This document shows positions 13,575 through 27,707 of a stretch of DNA of 64,000 nt, in pieces (the stretch's first letter is position 1; the number at the start of each line of letters is the position of its first letter). This stretch comes from Hemiscyllium ocellatum. Lineage: Eukaryota. The position numbers were made by a program, and so were the translations under genes. Location of the stretch: the NCBI RefSeq assembly GCF_020745735.1, contig NW_026867529.1:62001-126000 (forward strand). Direction: 5' to 3'. Under the pieces are notes generated by a model. That model made no database searches. It saw only the letters and a list, made by a program, of their open reading frames with translations, and was not told where the DNA came from.

Positions 13575-16130
13575 ACATAGAACATTATGGTGCAGTACTG
13601 GCCCTTCGGCCCTTGATGTTGCACTGACCTGTGGAACTAATCTGAAGTCCATCTATCCTGCACTATTCCACTTTCATCCAGATGGTTATCCAATGCCCAT
13701 TCTAATGCCCTAAAGGTTGGCAAGTCTACTCCTATTGCAAGCAGTGTGTTTTACACCCCTACTCCTCTCTGAGTAAAGAAACTATCTCAGACATCTGTCC
13801 TATATCTATCACCCCCAATTTAAAGCTATTTCCCTTGTGCCAGCCATCACTATCTGAGAAGAAAAACTCTCACTGTACACTCTATCTAACCCTCTGATTA
13901 TCTTGTATGTCTCAATTAAGTCACCTCTCAACCTTCTCGCTAATGAAAACAGCTCAAGTACTTCAGCCTTTCCTCTTAAGACCTTCCCTCCATAACAAGC
14001 AACATCCTAGCAAAGTTTCTCTGCATCCTTTCCAAAATTCCCACGTCCTTCCTATAATGCGGTGACCAGAACTGTAAGTAATACTCGAAGTGCAGCCGCA
14101 CTAGAGTTTTGTACCGCTGCAGCACAACCTCATGACTCTGAAACTCCATCCCTCTACCAATTAAAGCTAACACACTGAGTGCCAACTTAACAACCCTATC
14201 AACCTGGGTGCCAACTTTCAGGGATCCATGTACATGGACACCGAGATCTATCTGCTCAGCTACACTACCAAGAATCTTACCATTAGCCCAGTACTCTGTT
14301 TTCCTGTTGTTCCTTCCAAAGTGAATCACCTCACGTTTTTGCATTAAGCTCAATATGCCACCTCAGCCCAGCTCTGCAGCTTACGTATGTCCCTCTGTAA
14401 CCTGCAACATCCTTTGGCACTGTCCACAACTCCATTGACCTTAGTGTCATCCATAAATTTACTAACCTATCCTTCTACACCTTCATCTAGGTCATTTATA
14501 AAAGCGACAAACAGCAGTGGCGGCAAAACAGATCCTTGCATTATAACACTGGTAATTGAACTCCAGGATGAACCTTTCCCATCAACCAACACCTTTCAGC
14601 TAGTCAATTTTCAGTCTTTCAGCTCGCCAATTTCTGATACAAACCATTAAATTTCCCTCGATTCCGTGCCTCGCTATTTTCTGCAATAGCATACCATGAG
14701 GATCCGTATCAAACGCCTTACTGAAAACCACATCAACCAACTTACCCTGATCCATCTGTTTGGTCACCATCTTAAAGCACTCAAGAAGATTTGTGAGCAC
14801 AATCTCCCCTTCACAAACCGTGTTGACTACCCCTAATCAACTTATATCTCTAGGTAATTATAAATCCTTTCTCTTCTGACTTTTTCCGACACTTTACCCA
14901 CAACTGAAGTAAGGCTGACTGATCTATAATTACCGGGGTTGACTCTATTCCCCTTCTTGAACAAGAGGGAGTTGTCCTCCAGTCTTCTGGCACTATTCCT
15001 GTAGACAATGACAACACAAAGATCAAAGCCAAAGGCTCTGCAATCTCCTCTCTGCCTTCCCAGAGAATCCTGGAATAAATCCCATCTGACCGAGGTGACT
15101 TATCTATTTTCACACTTTCCAAAATTGCTCACACCTCCTCTTTGTGAACTGAATTCCATCTCGTAGCCTGTTTCTCAGTATTCTCCTTGACAATATTGTC
15201 TTTTTCCAGTGTGAATACTGATGAGAAATATTCATTTAGCAATTCCCCTACCTCTTCAAACTCCACCCACAACTTCCAACTCCGGTTCTTGATTGGCCTT
15301 AATCTTTCTCCAGTCATTCTTTTATTCCTGATATACCCAGAGAACGCTTTAGAGGACACTGGTGGTTCTTAGCCTTCTCTTTAGGTCTTTTCTGGCTGAC
15401 TTGTAAATCTAAAGTGCCCTAAAGTGTCTCATCCTAATAGAAGCCTTTTTCTTCTTCTTGACAAGAGATTCAACCTTTTTAGAAAACTATAGCTCTATCG
15501 CTCGACAATTTCCTCCCTGCCTGACAGGCACATGCTTATCAAGGACACACAGTAGCTGTTCCTTGAAATAGCTTCACATTTCAACTGTGCCCAACCCCTG
15601 CAGTTTCCTTCCCTATCCTATGCATCCTAAATCTTGCCTAGTCGCATCATAATTGCCTGTCCTCCAGCAATAACTCTTACACTGCCGCATATACCTATCC
15701 CTTTCCATCACTAAAGTAAACATAACTCGAATTGTGGTCACTGTCACCAAAGTGCTCACCTACCTCCAAATCTAATACCTGGCTGGGTTCCTTACCCAGT
15801 ACCAAATCCAATGTCGTCTCGCCCCTTGTTGGCTTGTCTACATACTGTGTCAGGAAACCATCCTGTATACATTGGACAAAAACGGACCCATCTAAAGTAC
15901 TCGAGCTATTGTATTTCCAGTCAATATTTTTAAAGTTAAAATCCCCCGTAACAACAATCTTGTTACTCTTGCTGCTATCCAGAATTATCGTTGGTATCCT
16001 TTCCTCTACATCACTGGAGGCCTAGAGAAAACTCCCAACAGAGTGTCTTTTCCTTTATTGTTGCTTACCTCAGCTCGTGCTACCTCAGTAGTTGAGTCCT
16101 CAAATGTCCTTTCTGCCACCATCCTTGACT
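13575..16130 (-). mobile_element. Degraded CR1 LINE
   Basis: Fragmentary ORFs 13976-14353, 14600-14800, 14850-15122 and 15129-15359 match CR1 ORF2; GAACATAGAACAT tail near 13575. Boundaries approximate. Confidence 0.8.
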
Positions 16131-19100
16131 AAGTGCATATCTCTCCCTCTTTTAGCATCTTCACAGTTGCATGTGAGTAGTTTTGGACCCAATATTTAAG
16201 GAAAGCTATTATTTCATTGGAGGCAGTTCCAGAACATTGATGTGGGTGATCCCTGATCAAGAGGAAAAGGCTAAACAGGCTGAGAATTTAGAAGAATGCG
16301 ATATGATCTCATTGCAACATATAGGGTTCTTAAGGGACTTGACAGGGTAAATGCTGAGAGGATATTATCCCTCACGGGAGAGTCGAGGACCAGAGGGAAT
16401 GGTCTCATAATGAAGGGTTGACAATTTAAGACTGAGATGCAGAGGAATTCGTTCCTAGTTTTGAGAGTCTTTGGAACTCCTCATTACATAGAGCTGTGGG
16501 AGTAACGTCCCTGTCTATATTTAAAGCTGAGATCAATTCTTGAGCAGCAGGAGAATTGAGGTAATAAGAAAATACAGAAAAGTAAATAGTGTGGAATGTC
16601 GTGTCAGCAATGATCCTAATGAACGATGGAGCAGACTTAATGAGCCAAATGGTCTGTTCCTATTCCTATTTCTTATGGTTTAGGACCTTGAGCTATAATT
16701 AACCTATATCATGTTCTCCTTTCCCACAACATCACTCACATTTTCCATTGCTGTGACCTCAGGCACATTAGTCGAAAGTGGATGCAAGGAGAACATCTAC
16801 AGAAGTCTGTGCCTGGCATTAGGAACCTATTGGAAGTAGATTGTTCCTATTGGACACTGGCCTATGTTATATCTCAGCAGGGGCCAAGTAGCTGGTGTCA
16901 TGGAAGTTAAATTGACTCGACTCAAATGCTAGCAAGAGCATAGACAAAGCTTTATTGTAACCTCTACAGGGGGCTAATAGATTTGGCAAAAATGTCTTAT
17001 ATAAGGGCCCTGAACAAGTTTCGCATATTCTCTTTATACTATTTTTTGCTTATTCTTATCACAAGCTCAAGCACAAGGGTTGGGAACATTCAAGCTTCTT
17101 CCTGCCCACCCCCCATTCTTCACTCCCTCCAAAATCATTGCCATGGGTCTCCAGTGTCTGGTGACATTTGATGAAATATGCCTACATATTTGAAGAAATA
17201 TGGTTACGGATTAGGACCGGCTCCTGGTCTCCTTGCCTTGGTCTATCTCCCATACAATGTCGCTATTGAATGCTTTGCACTTTTTATAATTTAAGTTGGC
17301 CAGAGGTCATGTGTATCCACGGAGTCAGGCACATTCCCTAGTAATAGGTATTTGTTTGAATCAAGCTTATAAAGTGTTTTCATGGCAAATTCAATACAGG
17401 CAGCATCACATCCACACCGTTTCACTGATGTCATCAATTAACAGAAGTCTAAATACTGAAGTGATTACACTGCTCTGGGTCAGAGACCTGTAATTATTCC
17501 TGGGTTTATTATGGTCAGATCTTTCAGTAAACTGCAAATGGATGAAGGAGCAGGAAAGGAAAAGGAATAAAATTCTCTTTTCAACAAAACAGCCAATACT
17601 GACTAATATGACATGAACCTTCAGTAAATTTGAATAATGAGAAATTACTATGTTCGGATTCTGAATCAAACATTGAGTTACAAATTGTGCTTGTAAGGGT
17701 TAAATTAGCAATCGTGTATAAAGACCTTGAGTTTCTTGTTCCGAGATAAGGAAGTTAAACTTGAATCCTTGCATTTGCGATGTTTTCCCTCTGTCCCAGT
17801 GCAGACAAGTCTTTATTTGACCTATTTACTCCCCACCCACCAGCTCCTGCCCTCTCAGCCAAACCTCTCGATGTTGATAAGAAGTGCCAAATATTAACTT
17901 TGTGATCATGCACATATTTAAAATGATTTAACTGGTACTTTATGACCAGTTGCGGCTGTGAAAATGTTGACACCTCACACTGTGAATTAAGTGGAAATCT
18001 AAGTTTGTCAGAAACTAAAGGGAACACATTGGCAAGTAAGTTTGGTCTAATATCAGATTAAATCTGCTATATTAGGGATCCAATAATGAGAAAGGGAAGT
18101 GCTGGCAGTTGTTGTCAGATTATGTCAGGATTGCCTCACGAAGGCATCCCACGGCAGCGTGGTGAACACAAACACAGATGAGAACAATTACAGAAAACAA
18201 CTGCTTGACTGGTTCAGAAATGCTTGGCTTATTTTGAGAGACCAATCTTAAATCAGCATAAACATCCAAAGTTTTTCAATGGTCCGTTGAATTTTGCCTG
18301 TCTTTCAGTATAAAGGTCTTGCATAGCCCAGAAATGGCTTTAAACAAGGATGACGTACTCTGACATACTGAAGAAATGGTTTTCTCTTTCTTTCGCTCTG
18401 TGCTGTCTCTTCCACACCCCAACCCCTGCATTCCCTCATTGTGGTGTACTGTAGACATCCTGTGGAAGTCAAAAGAATCCCATACCAACTCGACCAAGAT
18501 GGTTCATGATGCATCTTGAAAACAAATAAAATCCCAGCAGCATTTTTTAGATCATAGGACAGCATTGTCAACACACTCCAGGGGGATGGGTGGTGAAGAC
18601 AGCAATAACTAGTTACATTAGCAAGATTACAAGACTGGGATACAAGGTATACTGCTTTGTCATTACCCCCTCATTAACTACACCATTGCAAGGCTAAAAT
18701 CGGGAGCATTGGAATCCTCACTGCTCACCTGGTGATTTGTTTAATTGCAACAATAGTCAAGAAGCTCAATATGTCAAAGAGAGAGCAGTTTGATTGACTG
18801 GCAAAAGAACTAACGTACCTAATTTCCACTCCCTTCACCATCACTGAGCTACAATGTTGGGCCACCTAGCACTTACACTGTACGGAATGAACTGCAGCAA
18901 CTCATTAGACTTACACTGAAAGGACCTTTCCTGTCTATAATCTCTATTTCTGAACAGAACAATAATCAGCTAAAGGTCTATTCCACCTGATTCTGACTTT
19001 GCATGGATATCTCTGTTCTTTTATTATCACTATGGCAAAATAATGCGATTTATTAAAATTGCAGTCATTGACTAACTTAGGAAAACTAGTCGACCAGGCT

Positions 19101-19216
19101 TGGAATATTGAATCTCAAGTCTGTGATTTCTTTTTTTGTTAAATTGCTTTGGACTTAATTCTGAATAAGTTTACTGATGTTAAATGAGTTAATTTGTGCT
19201 CTTTGATGAATTGCAG

Positions 19217-19294
19217 TTCTGGAAACATTGTCAGTGCAAACAGTGAGGAAAATGGGAATGCAGATTCTCCTGGATCAAGTGAAGTAATTGCAAA
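19217..19294 (+). CDS. Candidate small exon of an unidentified gene (SGNIVSANSEENGNADSPGSSEVIA)
   Basis: TTGCAG acceptor, GTAAGC donor, 78 nt, only one open frame, non-repeat context. Confidence 0.35.
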
Positions 19295-20034
19295 GTAAGC
19301 TTAGTTGCATGCATGACTAAGTTAGTCATTATATCAGAATATGACAAACCATTAGGAAATAACTGGTGAGCTGGTAGTTTATGCAATGTTATACAACGAT
19401 CAATGGTAACAACTCGGAGGCAATGATTTGATCAGCTCTCAAAGAGGAACTTGCCTATGTTCACTCCCAAGTCCTTTTACCATGTGATACTGCAAAACCT
19501 CTCCTTATGAAAATTGTAGATTCCTTTTGAAGACCTCAGTTGAAGCTGCCTCCACCACTAAACTATCAGGCAGAACATTCCAGTTTCCGAGCAATGCTGT
19601 TTTTAAGAACAGTTTTCCTTGTAACCGTTGTTTTCTTTTTTTTTTGCTGATCAAGTTAAATCCACTGATCCTTTTCTTCTCAAGCCTTTTTAAAATATAA
19701 TCCGCACAGTATGGAAACAGGCCACTTGGCCCAACAAATCCACACCAACCCTCCAATCCAAATGCATTCTCCTACTCTTTTACGCTGCTCTATCCAAATC
19801 CCTCATGATTTTGAATACTCTTAAAATGAATTCTTCATCTTCTGTTCTCAAACTATTCACATAGTTCTCCAGTTGCTCATCTCTGGTACCATTTTTGTGT
19901 ACCTTTTGTGCACCTTCTCAAATCCCTTCCTGAAGCGTGCTGCATAAATACTAGACATGAGGGAAAAGCATGTTTATAACTATTTATCATAATTTCCTTC
20001 TTTTGCATGCCACTGTCTTATTTATAATGTTCAG

Positions 20035-20114
20035 AATACTAATGATATCTTCAATCTGCAATCTGAGGAAGTTGACAATTTAAGTTCACGAGAAAAGAAA
20101 GTGACAGTCAAAAA
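20035..20114 (+). CDS. Candidate small exon (NTNDIFNLQSEEVDNLSSREKKVTVK)
   Basis: AG-free pyrimidine-rich run before TTCAG, GTAAGT donor. Its phase does not directly follow 19217-19294. Confidence 0.3.
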
Positions 20115-20749
20115 GTAAGTTTGATCCAATGTATGAACATGTTATGCTTCAAAATGTGTTCAGTCTCTTTCTGAACCTGTGCCACCCTTCAAAGGTTAAG
20201 TCCATAGGATGTTGCTTGATTGGAACAGCATTTCCTCAATCAATATTATGTGCAGTGAGATTAGTAATTCCCAGGTTATTCCCACATATCTCCCTATGTT
20301 AATTGTTATTAGGTCAATTAATAGGGATAACTATATGCTGTTCTATGAGCCTCATAGAAATCCCATTTAATGCTGGCCTGGACAAGACTGGTAAACTTAA
20401 ACTTGTGCTTATAGAGAAAGGACTGAGATCTTAACTGGCTCATTATCATCTAATGTATTGAGTTTAAACTTATGTCTATATCTAAATTCTTCAAGGCCTT
20501 GATCCATGCTGTCTCTTGTACCCCTTATATACACACTCTGTTCTTTGGTTCTCCGATTGCTTTTGTCTATGAGTATGGTCAAGCCCCCTTAATTAGCTGT
20601 ACTTTACTGTTAAACTTCCTTACATGCCCTCTGGTACTCATTCTCACTTTGAAAGCTTGCTTAAAAGCCGGTTTCATGTCATTGGTCCTAACTCTTCTGA
20701 TACATGCCAACAACCTTCTCCTGTTTGGCGTTCGGTGCATCCTTTTCCA

Positions 20750-21520
20750 GTTTGGAAGGTCAAACCCGAATGCTGAATATAGGGTTAAAGGCAGGATTCT
20801 TGGCAGTGTGGAGGAACAGAGGGATCTGGGTGTGCAAGTACATAGATCCCTCAAAGTTGCCACCCAAGTAGATAGGGTTGTTAAGAAAGCAGATGGTGTT
20901 TAGACTTTCATTTACAAGGGAATTGAGTTTGAAAGCAGTGAGGTTTTGCTACAGCTCTACAAGTCCCTGGTGAGACCACACCTGGAATATTGTGTCCAGT
21001 TCTGGTCGCCCTGCTATAAGAAATAGATAGAGGCTTTGGAGAGGGTGCAAAGAAGGTTTACCAGGATGCTGCCTGGACTGGAGGGCTTGCCTTATGAAGA
21101 AAGGTTGAATAAGCTCAGACTTTTCTCTCTGGAGAGAGGGAGGAAGAGAGGAGACCTGATTGAGGTATACAAAATAATGAGAGGAATAGATAAAATCAAA
21201 AGCTAGAGAATTTTCCCCAGGGCAGGATTGACTGTTACGAGGGGGTCATAGTTTTAAGATATAAGGAGAAAGGTATAGAGGAGACGTTAGAGGTGGGTTC
21301 TTTATGCAGAGTGTTGTGAATGCATGGAAGGCTTTGCCAGCAGTGGTGGTGGAAGCAGAGTCATTAGGGACATTTAAGTGACTGCTGGACATGCAAATGT
21401 TTGGCAGTGAGTTGAGAGGTGTGTGGGTTGTTATTATATTTTACATTAGGATTAGACCTCGGCACACTGTCGTGGGCCAAAGGGCCTGTTCTGTGCTGTG
21501 TTTTTCTATGTTCTATGTTA
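20750..21520 (+). mobile_element. 5'-truncated CR1 LINE
   Basis: NPNAEYRVKGRILGSVEEQRDLGVQVHRSLKVATQVDRVVKKA followed by 3' UTR and TTCTATG tail. Confidence 0.85.
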
Positions 21521-23859
21521 AAGCATCTCATAAATGTGAGTATTAATATCCACATTGGTAGATTTAACTGATTCTAATTGGAATGTATCTGCCAAACCTT
21601 TAGCAAAACCGAATCAGCAAACAGCTTCAGACTGTGCACACGTCCAACACAAAACATTGCTGCTCCTCATTCACTTTTCAAATGCACTGCTCCATTCCAA
21701 ATAGTGGACCACCCATTCCCATTCATAGACATTTGTTTCTGATGGATGGAAGTGGTTGTTTCTGTACTTCTGCCATTTTTATTGAACTCATCTCAAGTTA
21801 CACTTTAGAATTTGACGGTCAGGCCAAGACTGTTTGTGTTAAGCTTTATCAATTTTGACCAGGTTGCCAGCTCTTCATGTTCTTGAATATTGGAATGGGA
21901 CTGGGTTCTATCAGCCCTCTAGGGACAGGCTGCAAGGTCATTAGGTGGATAATAGGGTGGAAGATGATAAGGGAAGGAAGGAGTTTCCACCTCCGTAGTA
22001 TTTTATTGATCCCAAATTCGGGAAAGGATGACCACTCAGGTGGCCAATGCAGAGTCTGTTCCTGACAATGCTGGCAGTTTCTTAGCAGTAAGGTCCTCCA
22101 TTGTGTGGGAGACCTCCTCCTGCATCCTAGTGACACACCTGGAGGATGTCCCTCCTAATGTAGTACCTTATGGCTCACAACAGGGTATCCCATCTGCACA
22201 CTGGAACAGTCCCCTGTCCGTGGTGGCGATCACTACGGGAACTGGAAATCAGAGTTAGTGAGTGAAAGAAGCCGTGAGGGCTAGAGTGTTCACAACATTC
22301 CCAGGACCAGGTTGGCAGCTCCTACTGAGGCCATTAATAAGTCATTGAGATCCCCCAATTGGTGCATGGACGATGGGTTACTTCTACTCCTAGTAAGAGT
22401 ACTGTGATTACTGCTTTTTCAGTGCTATCAAGTAAATAGTGAAGTGGGGCCATGTGATAAAATCATTTACATTCAGTGCTGGATACTTGAGACTCTTTTG
22501 TGAGAAACTTTATAATTCTTCTAAATGTTCTTCATGCACTTTTTGTTTCATACAATGGTGATGTTCTACATAGGATTACAGAGGAAAAACAGACCATTTT
22601 GCGCAATCAGTTTATGCCAGTGTGTATGTTCTACTCAAGGTGTTTCACATCTTTCCTCATCTAAATCGCTCGTTGTAATTCTCTATTCCCATCCCTTCCA
22701 AGTGCTCCCCTAGTTTCCTTGAAATACATCTAAACTATTGATTTCAACTATTCCGTCTGGCCACATATTCCCATTCTCATCATTTCTTCTGAATTCCCTT
22801 TTGGACTTCTTGAGGTACCGTCTTATATTGACAGCCTCGAGTTATATTCTATCCCACAGTGAAATGTTTTCTCTGTACCTTCTCTTTTCAAAACCTTTCT
22901 TAATTTTAGAACTGTCATCCTTCTTTTCAAGAGAGAAGTGAACAGCACAACAATTCTTCCTTGATATGCACAGCCAGAAACTTGTGTAGCATTCTCATAA
23001 ATCATCTCTTCACTCTCTCTCATACATTCTATAATATGTCAACTCGAACTGCAGGCAATACTCTGAATTATAGTCAACCAAATTTTTATAGTGACCCGAC
23101 TTTCAAATCTATCCCTTTAGAGATAAAACTTAGAGCTTTGTTTGCATTTTTATGGCCTTTGGAACCTGTGGTGAAATTGTTAGTGATTGATGTAATTGTC
23201 TGAAATCCCTTTGTTTGTCTCCCTCACTTAGACGTGCATCTTTGAATAAGTGACCTGCACATTATTCCTACCAAGATGTAACACCTTACGTTTATCTGTG
23301 TGGATCTTCATTTGCTAATTATTTGAACATACCATCAATTAATTAATGATCTCTTGCAACTTCTTGTAGTCCTCAGAATTGGCTACATTTCAACATTCCT
23401 TTCCAATCTGGTGTCATTGAATTGCTAATTTTTTTGTCGTAATTAGACGCAACATTTAATTTGCAGTTTTACTTTATTTTGTTTTGAATATTTAGAGAGG
23501 TGCAGTAATCCACACGTTAACTATAACAACTAAATATAGAATGACAGATAGATGAAAATTATTACAAACACAGGACTAATTAATAGACTCTATTAACTTC
23601 ACGGTCAAAACAGGGAATTATTTTTTACACGAATGATATGGTGAGATGATCCGTAGTGCAATAACTTTTTGACCTTTTTTTGTTGCAGTTTATTTCCCCA
23701 GGTCTTTCTGTGCTACTGATTTAAAATTGTAAAGGCACCCATCCTCCATTTTAAACTAAATGATAATTTAAAAAAAACAACATTTATATTAAATGCAACA
23801 TGATTTATGAAGCCAATCCTCGAGGCTTACACATATTCACAGCCATGTATAGTTATATA

Positions 23860-25400
23860 GGGAGAGGCTGAATAGGTTGGGGTTGATTTCTCTGGAGGGT
23901 TGGAGGCTGAGGGGTGACTTTATAAAGGTTTACAAAATCATCAGAGGCATGGATATGGTGAATAGACAAGGTCTTTTCCCTGAGGTGGGTGGAGTCTCAT
24001 CTAAACTGTGAGTATAGGTTTAGAGTGAGAGGGGAAAAAGTTGAAAGTACCTACGGAGTAACTTTTTCATGCTGAGGATGGTGTATATGGAATGAACTGC
24101 CAGAGGAAGCGGTGGAGGCTGGTGCAATTTCAACATTTAAAAGGCATCTGAGTGTGTATAAGAATAGGAAGGGTTTAGAGGGATATGGACCAAGTACTGC
24201 CAAATGGGACGAGATTAGTTTAGGATAACATGGGCAAGTGTGATTGAAAGATCTGTTTCCAAGTTGTACATCTCTATGACTCTATGATCTACCCCTTTGC
24301 TCTTAATGTACTAGTCGAATCTCTTTGGATTATCTTTAACATTATCTCCCAAGGCTATCTCATTTTCCTTTCTTGCCCTCCTCATTTCCCTCTTTCGAAT
24401 GTCCCTGCACCTCTTGTACTCTTCGAGATTCACTTGATCTCATTTATCTATATCTAATATATGATTCATTCTTACTCTGAACTAGAGCCTCAATATCTTT
24501 ATTCCTCCAGTGTTCCCTCTTCTTACCAGCCATACCTTCACACTAACAGGAACATCACGCCTCCGAACTCTCGTTATCTCACTTCTGAAAGCTTCACTCT
24601 TGCCGGCCGTCCCTTGAGCTGCAAACAGTCTACTCTAATCAACTCTTGAAATATTTTGTCTCATACTATCAAAATTTGCCCTAGTTCAATTAAGAACTTT
24701 AACTTATATATAATGCCAATCCTTTCCATAGATATTTTAAACTAATCGAATTATGACCCCAGCCCCAAAAAGCTCCGCTACTAACCATTCAGTCACTTGC
24801 CCTGCCTTTTATCACAAGAGTAGGTCAGGTTTGCTCCTTCTGTGAGAGTTACATCTGTATATTAATGAAGAAAATTGACTTTAGCACTTACCAAATTCCT
24901 CTCCATCCAAGCTCTTAAGACCATGGCTGTCCCACTTTATGTTTGGAAGGTTAAAATTTGTGATTATTACAATCCTATTATTCTTACGTATAAATAAGAT
25001 CTCTCCACATATTTGTTACTCAATTTCACTCTGACTACTGGGGGGACTATTACAATTGCATCAAAATAATCATGCCCTTCTTATTTATGAGTTCCATCCA
25101 CACAGCTTCACTGGACCATCCCTCAGAAATACCTTGTGGTAGAACAGCAGTAATGTTTCACCACAAGAAAAATTGACTCCAATCTCCTTCTAGCTCTTCC
25201 TACTTCTGCCGTACCTTTGATGGTGGGAGGGGCTTTGAACATAAATTATTCAATTCACTGGTGATAGTTAGTAGCTGAAAATAAAGATACTATGGGGGAC
25301 TTGGGTGATGGGAAATAAAAGGTTACATTGTGTGGAAGGAAAATTCTGGATATAAACAAGAATTTTAAAAAACGAACTCCATTCCCAGGTCTTGCCTACA
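23860..25400. mobile_element. Degraded CR1 fragments (plus then minus strand)
   Basis: CR1 3'-end-like text on plus 23860-24290; ORF2-like text on minus to about 25400. Boundaries approximate. Confidence 0.6.
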
Positions 25401-26999
25401 CCGCTGTACCTCCAGAGTACTTTCCTTTTATTTTGATGAGTTCAAGTTAATCTCACCCACTGTTTTGTACTTGCCAACCATTTGTTAACGGGTGTTTGCT
25501 GTTTCAGAATGTAGGTTGCCTTATTGTGTACGATCTCAGAGTTCAGTGTTTGGAGTCCTTGTTGTTCCAACCTGTGCTTTGGTCTCTAATGCAAAATAAC
25601 AGAAAAATATTAATAGCAATTTAAGGTAAAATGTTAGGATATTGGAAGAACAGCATAGAGCATCAAGTTTGACAGAGGGGTTGTGGGAAAGGACGTGGAA
25701 AGCAGCAGGGTTTCCAGAACTTCTGATCTCTGCCTTCTCTGATCGAAATCAACCTGTGATTGATCATTTTTGAGGATTGTTATTCATTAATATCGGTGTG
25801 TCAGATAGATCTCCGTCTCAGGGAGGGGTGATGTACTTCTTTGTTTTGTGATGACCTCAGGGGAACATACAACAGTAAGGGGGTAAACCCAAAGGGGGTG
25901 AAGGAGCAGAGGATCCTCCGTGTGTATGTACACAAATCAGGAAATGGACCATGACACGTGGACAGAAGAGCAAATAAACCCTACTTCATCAATAACACCG
26001 CAGAGAACAAACACAAAGCAATTATGTTACACTGAAATCAAACAGTCTCTTGTCTCACCTGGAATATTGCATCTAGTTTCAGGTGCCACATTTTTGACAA
26101 AATGCGAAGATATGAGATTGGGTGCGTGACTGATTCACAACACTATTCCCGGGATGATACACCTCACCAACTCTGAGAAATTGAGAATGTTCTCCTCTGC
26201 TGATAGTTCCCAGACTCTGTGAACAGTTGCTATGATTGGTTCTCAATTCCATCTTGCGTCATATAGATCCCAATGGCTGAATATTTCAGGGACTCATGAT
26301 CTCTGCCTTGCCTGATCAACATCGACCTCTGATTTAATATTTTTGAGGGTTGCTGTTCAGTAATATCCCTGTATCAGATAGATCTTAGTCTCATTTCCTG
26401 GGATTTGACAGGTGTGGTGTGTCAAATAGATCCCAGGAATTCTGCTCCATGAGATTTATGTGTGAGAAAATCTCCAGTTCTGAGAATCCGCCCTTGGATT
26501 GTGCACGTGTTGTTGTCTGACTACCTGACTGAACGTTGACATTTTTGGCTGATGAATGTTTTGTTAGGCGTTTTAGGTGGTGAGTTATGCATTACTAACC
26601 CAGGCTGTCCGGACATTGGGAGTACATGTAGTTTAGACGGTGTAGAGTAAACTTTCAAACTCCTTTGCCTGCCTTTCATAGGCTTCTGGTGGAGCAAAGC
26701 TCCTAATTTGTATCATTACGTGACCCGAGGCCGTGACCCTTGGTGCATAAGAGGAAATGTTCTCTAATCATTCTGCCTCTGGAGTGTTCCATCAGGCATA
26801 TCGTGTGAAAGATGTATTTACATTAGTGGGCGGCATGGCAGCGCAACATTAAACTAAATGACTGGATGAAACACAACCAAACAGAACAAGTGAAAGTATT
26901 TGGCTGGGAAAGGAGTAGGATGTGGGAAAATGTATGATTACTGACTGGCCTTGAAGAAAGAATGAAGCAAACTCAAGGTTACTGCATATTCATTCGAGA

Positions 27000-27005
27000 T
27001 TTATT
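27000..27005 (-). terminator. Probable poly(A) signal for membrane mu mRNA
   Basis: First AATAAA I found downstream of the TM2 stop, about 430 nt away. Confidence 0.55.
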
Positions 27006-27434
27006 AACCATTTCAGAAAGCATTTTTATCCAAAAAGTTGATGTAAAAGCTAACAGAAGTGAATATAATGGCTGGTTGCCACATTGAGACGAGAACACAT
27101 GCGCTGTGAGGTGGGAATTTTCTGTACATCAGTAACAGTCACAAGAAAGGGAATACAAAGGCTCATCAGAAAGGGTAGGCAACCATTCTGAGTAAGGAAC
27201 AAATAAAAACAAAACAAATGGGCTTCAAACAACAGGGAAGCTACAAATTCTTCCAACCACAACCATCTCAAAGATATCAAAGTAAAAACAAAAATCCATC
27301 AATAATTGTCTCAGTTACACACTGGTAAACTGAAGTGATCTCACTGTTAGAGTCAGCAACAGGACAGATTGTAGATTGGGAATTCAGAGACCTTGATAAG
27401 CAGATCAGGAAAATCAAAGGAGTCCACAATTCAT

Positions 27435-27443
27435 TCACTTAAC
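27435..27443 (-). CDS. IGHM: Transmembrane exon TM2 (VK*)
   Basis: Pyrimidine tract TCTCTCTTTTCCAG then GTT AAG TGA, giving the canonical KVK cytoplasmic tail. Confidence 0.9.
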   Translation of the reverse strand, partial: VK

Positions 27444-27582
27444 CTGGAAAAGAGAGATAAAGCAATGACGCAGATATTTATGATCAGGGACTTTCAGATT
27501 TAATGTTTATTCAATGGCACACTTAGAGATTTCACAAAACATATTGGGCTGCTTGGCGTGAGAAAGATGTGATTATTCTCAC

Positions 27583-27707
27583 CTTCACCAGAGTGACGGC
27601 AGCGCTGTAGAAAATACTCAGGAAGAACAAGGTGATGAACGTGGAAGCAGTTGTCCAGATGTTGCTGTTATTGTCATAGTCTTCAATCCAAGTGCGATTT
27701 ATTGAAT
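27583..27707 (-). CDS. IGHM: Transmembrane exon TM1
   Basis: Acceptor TTCATAG, donor AAG|GTGAGA. (D)SINRTWIEDYDNNSNIWTTASTFITLFFLSIFYSAAVTLVK contains the conserved antigen-receptor TM motif. Confidence 0.94.

Noticed and set aside
17400-18520. Strong pyrimidine tracts with AG on either strand (about 17530 minus, about 18460 plus) as exon starts
   Set aside because: Downstream frames stop quickly or lack donors and I could not build a consistent gene model.
25720-26392. About 100-bp direct repeat (25720-25820 and 26296-26392)
   Set aside because: Looks like two decayed fragments of the same LINE region; no further structure.
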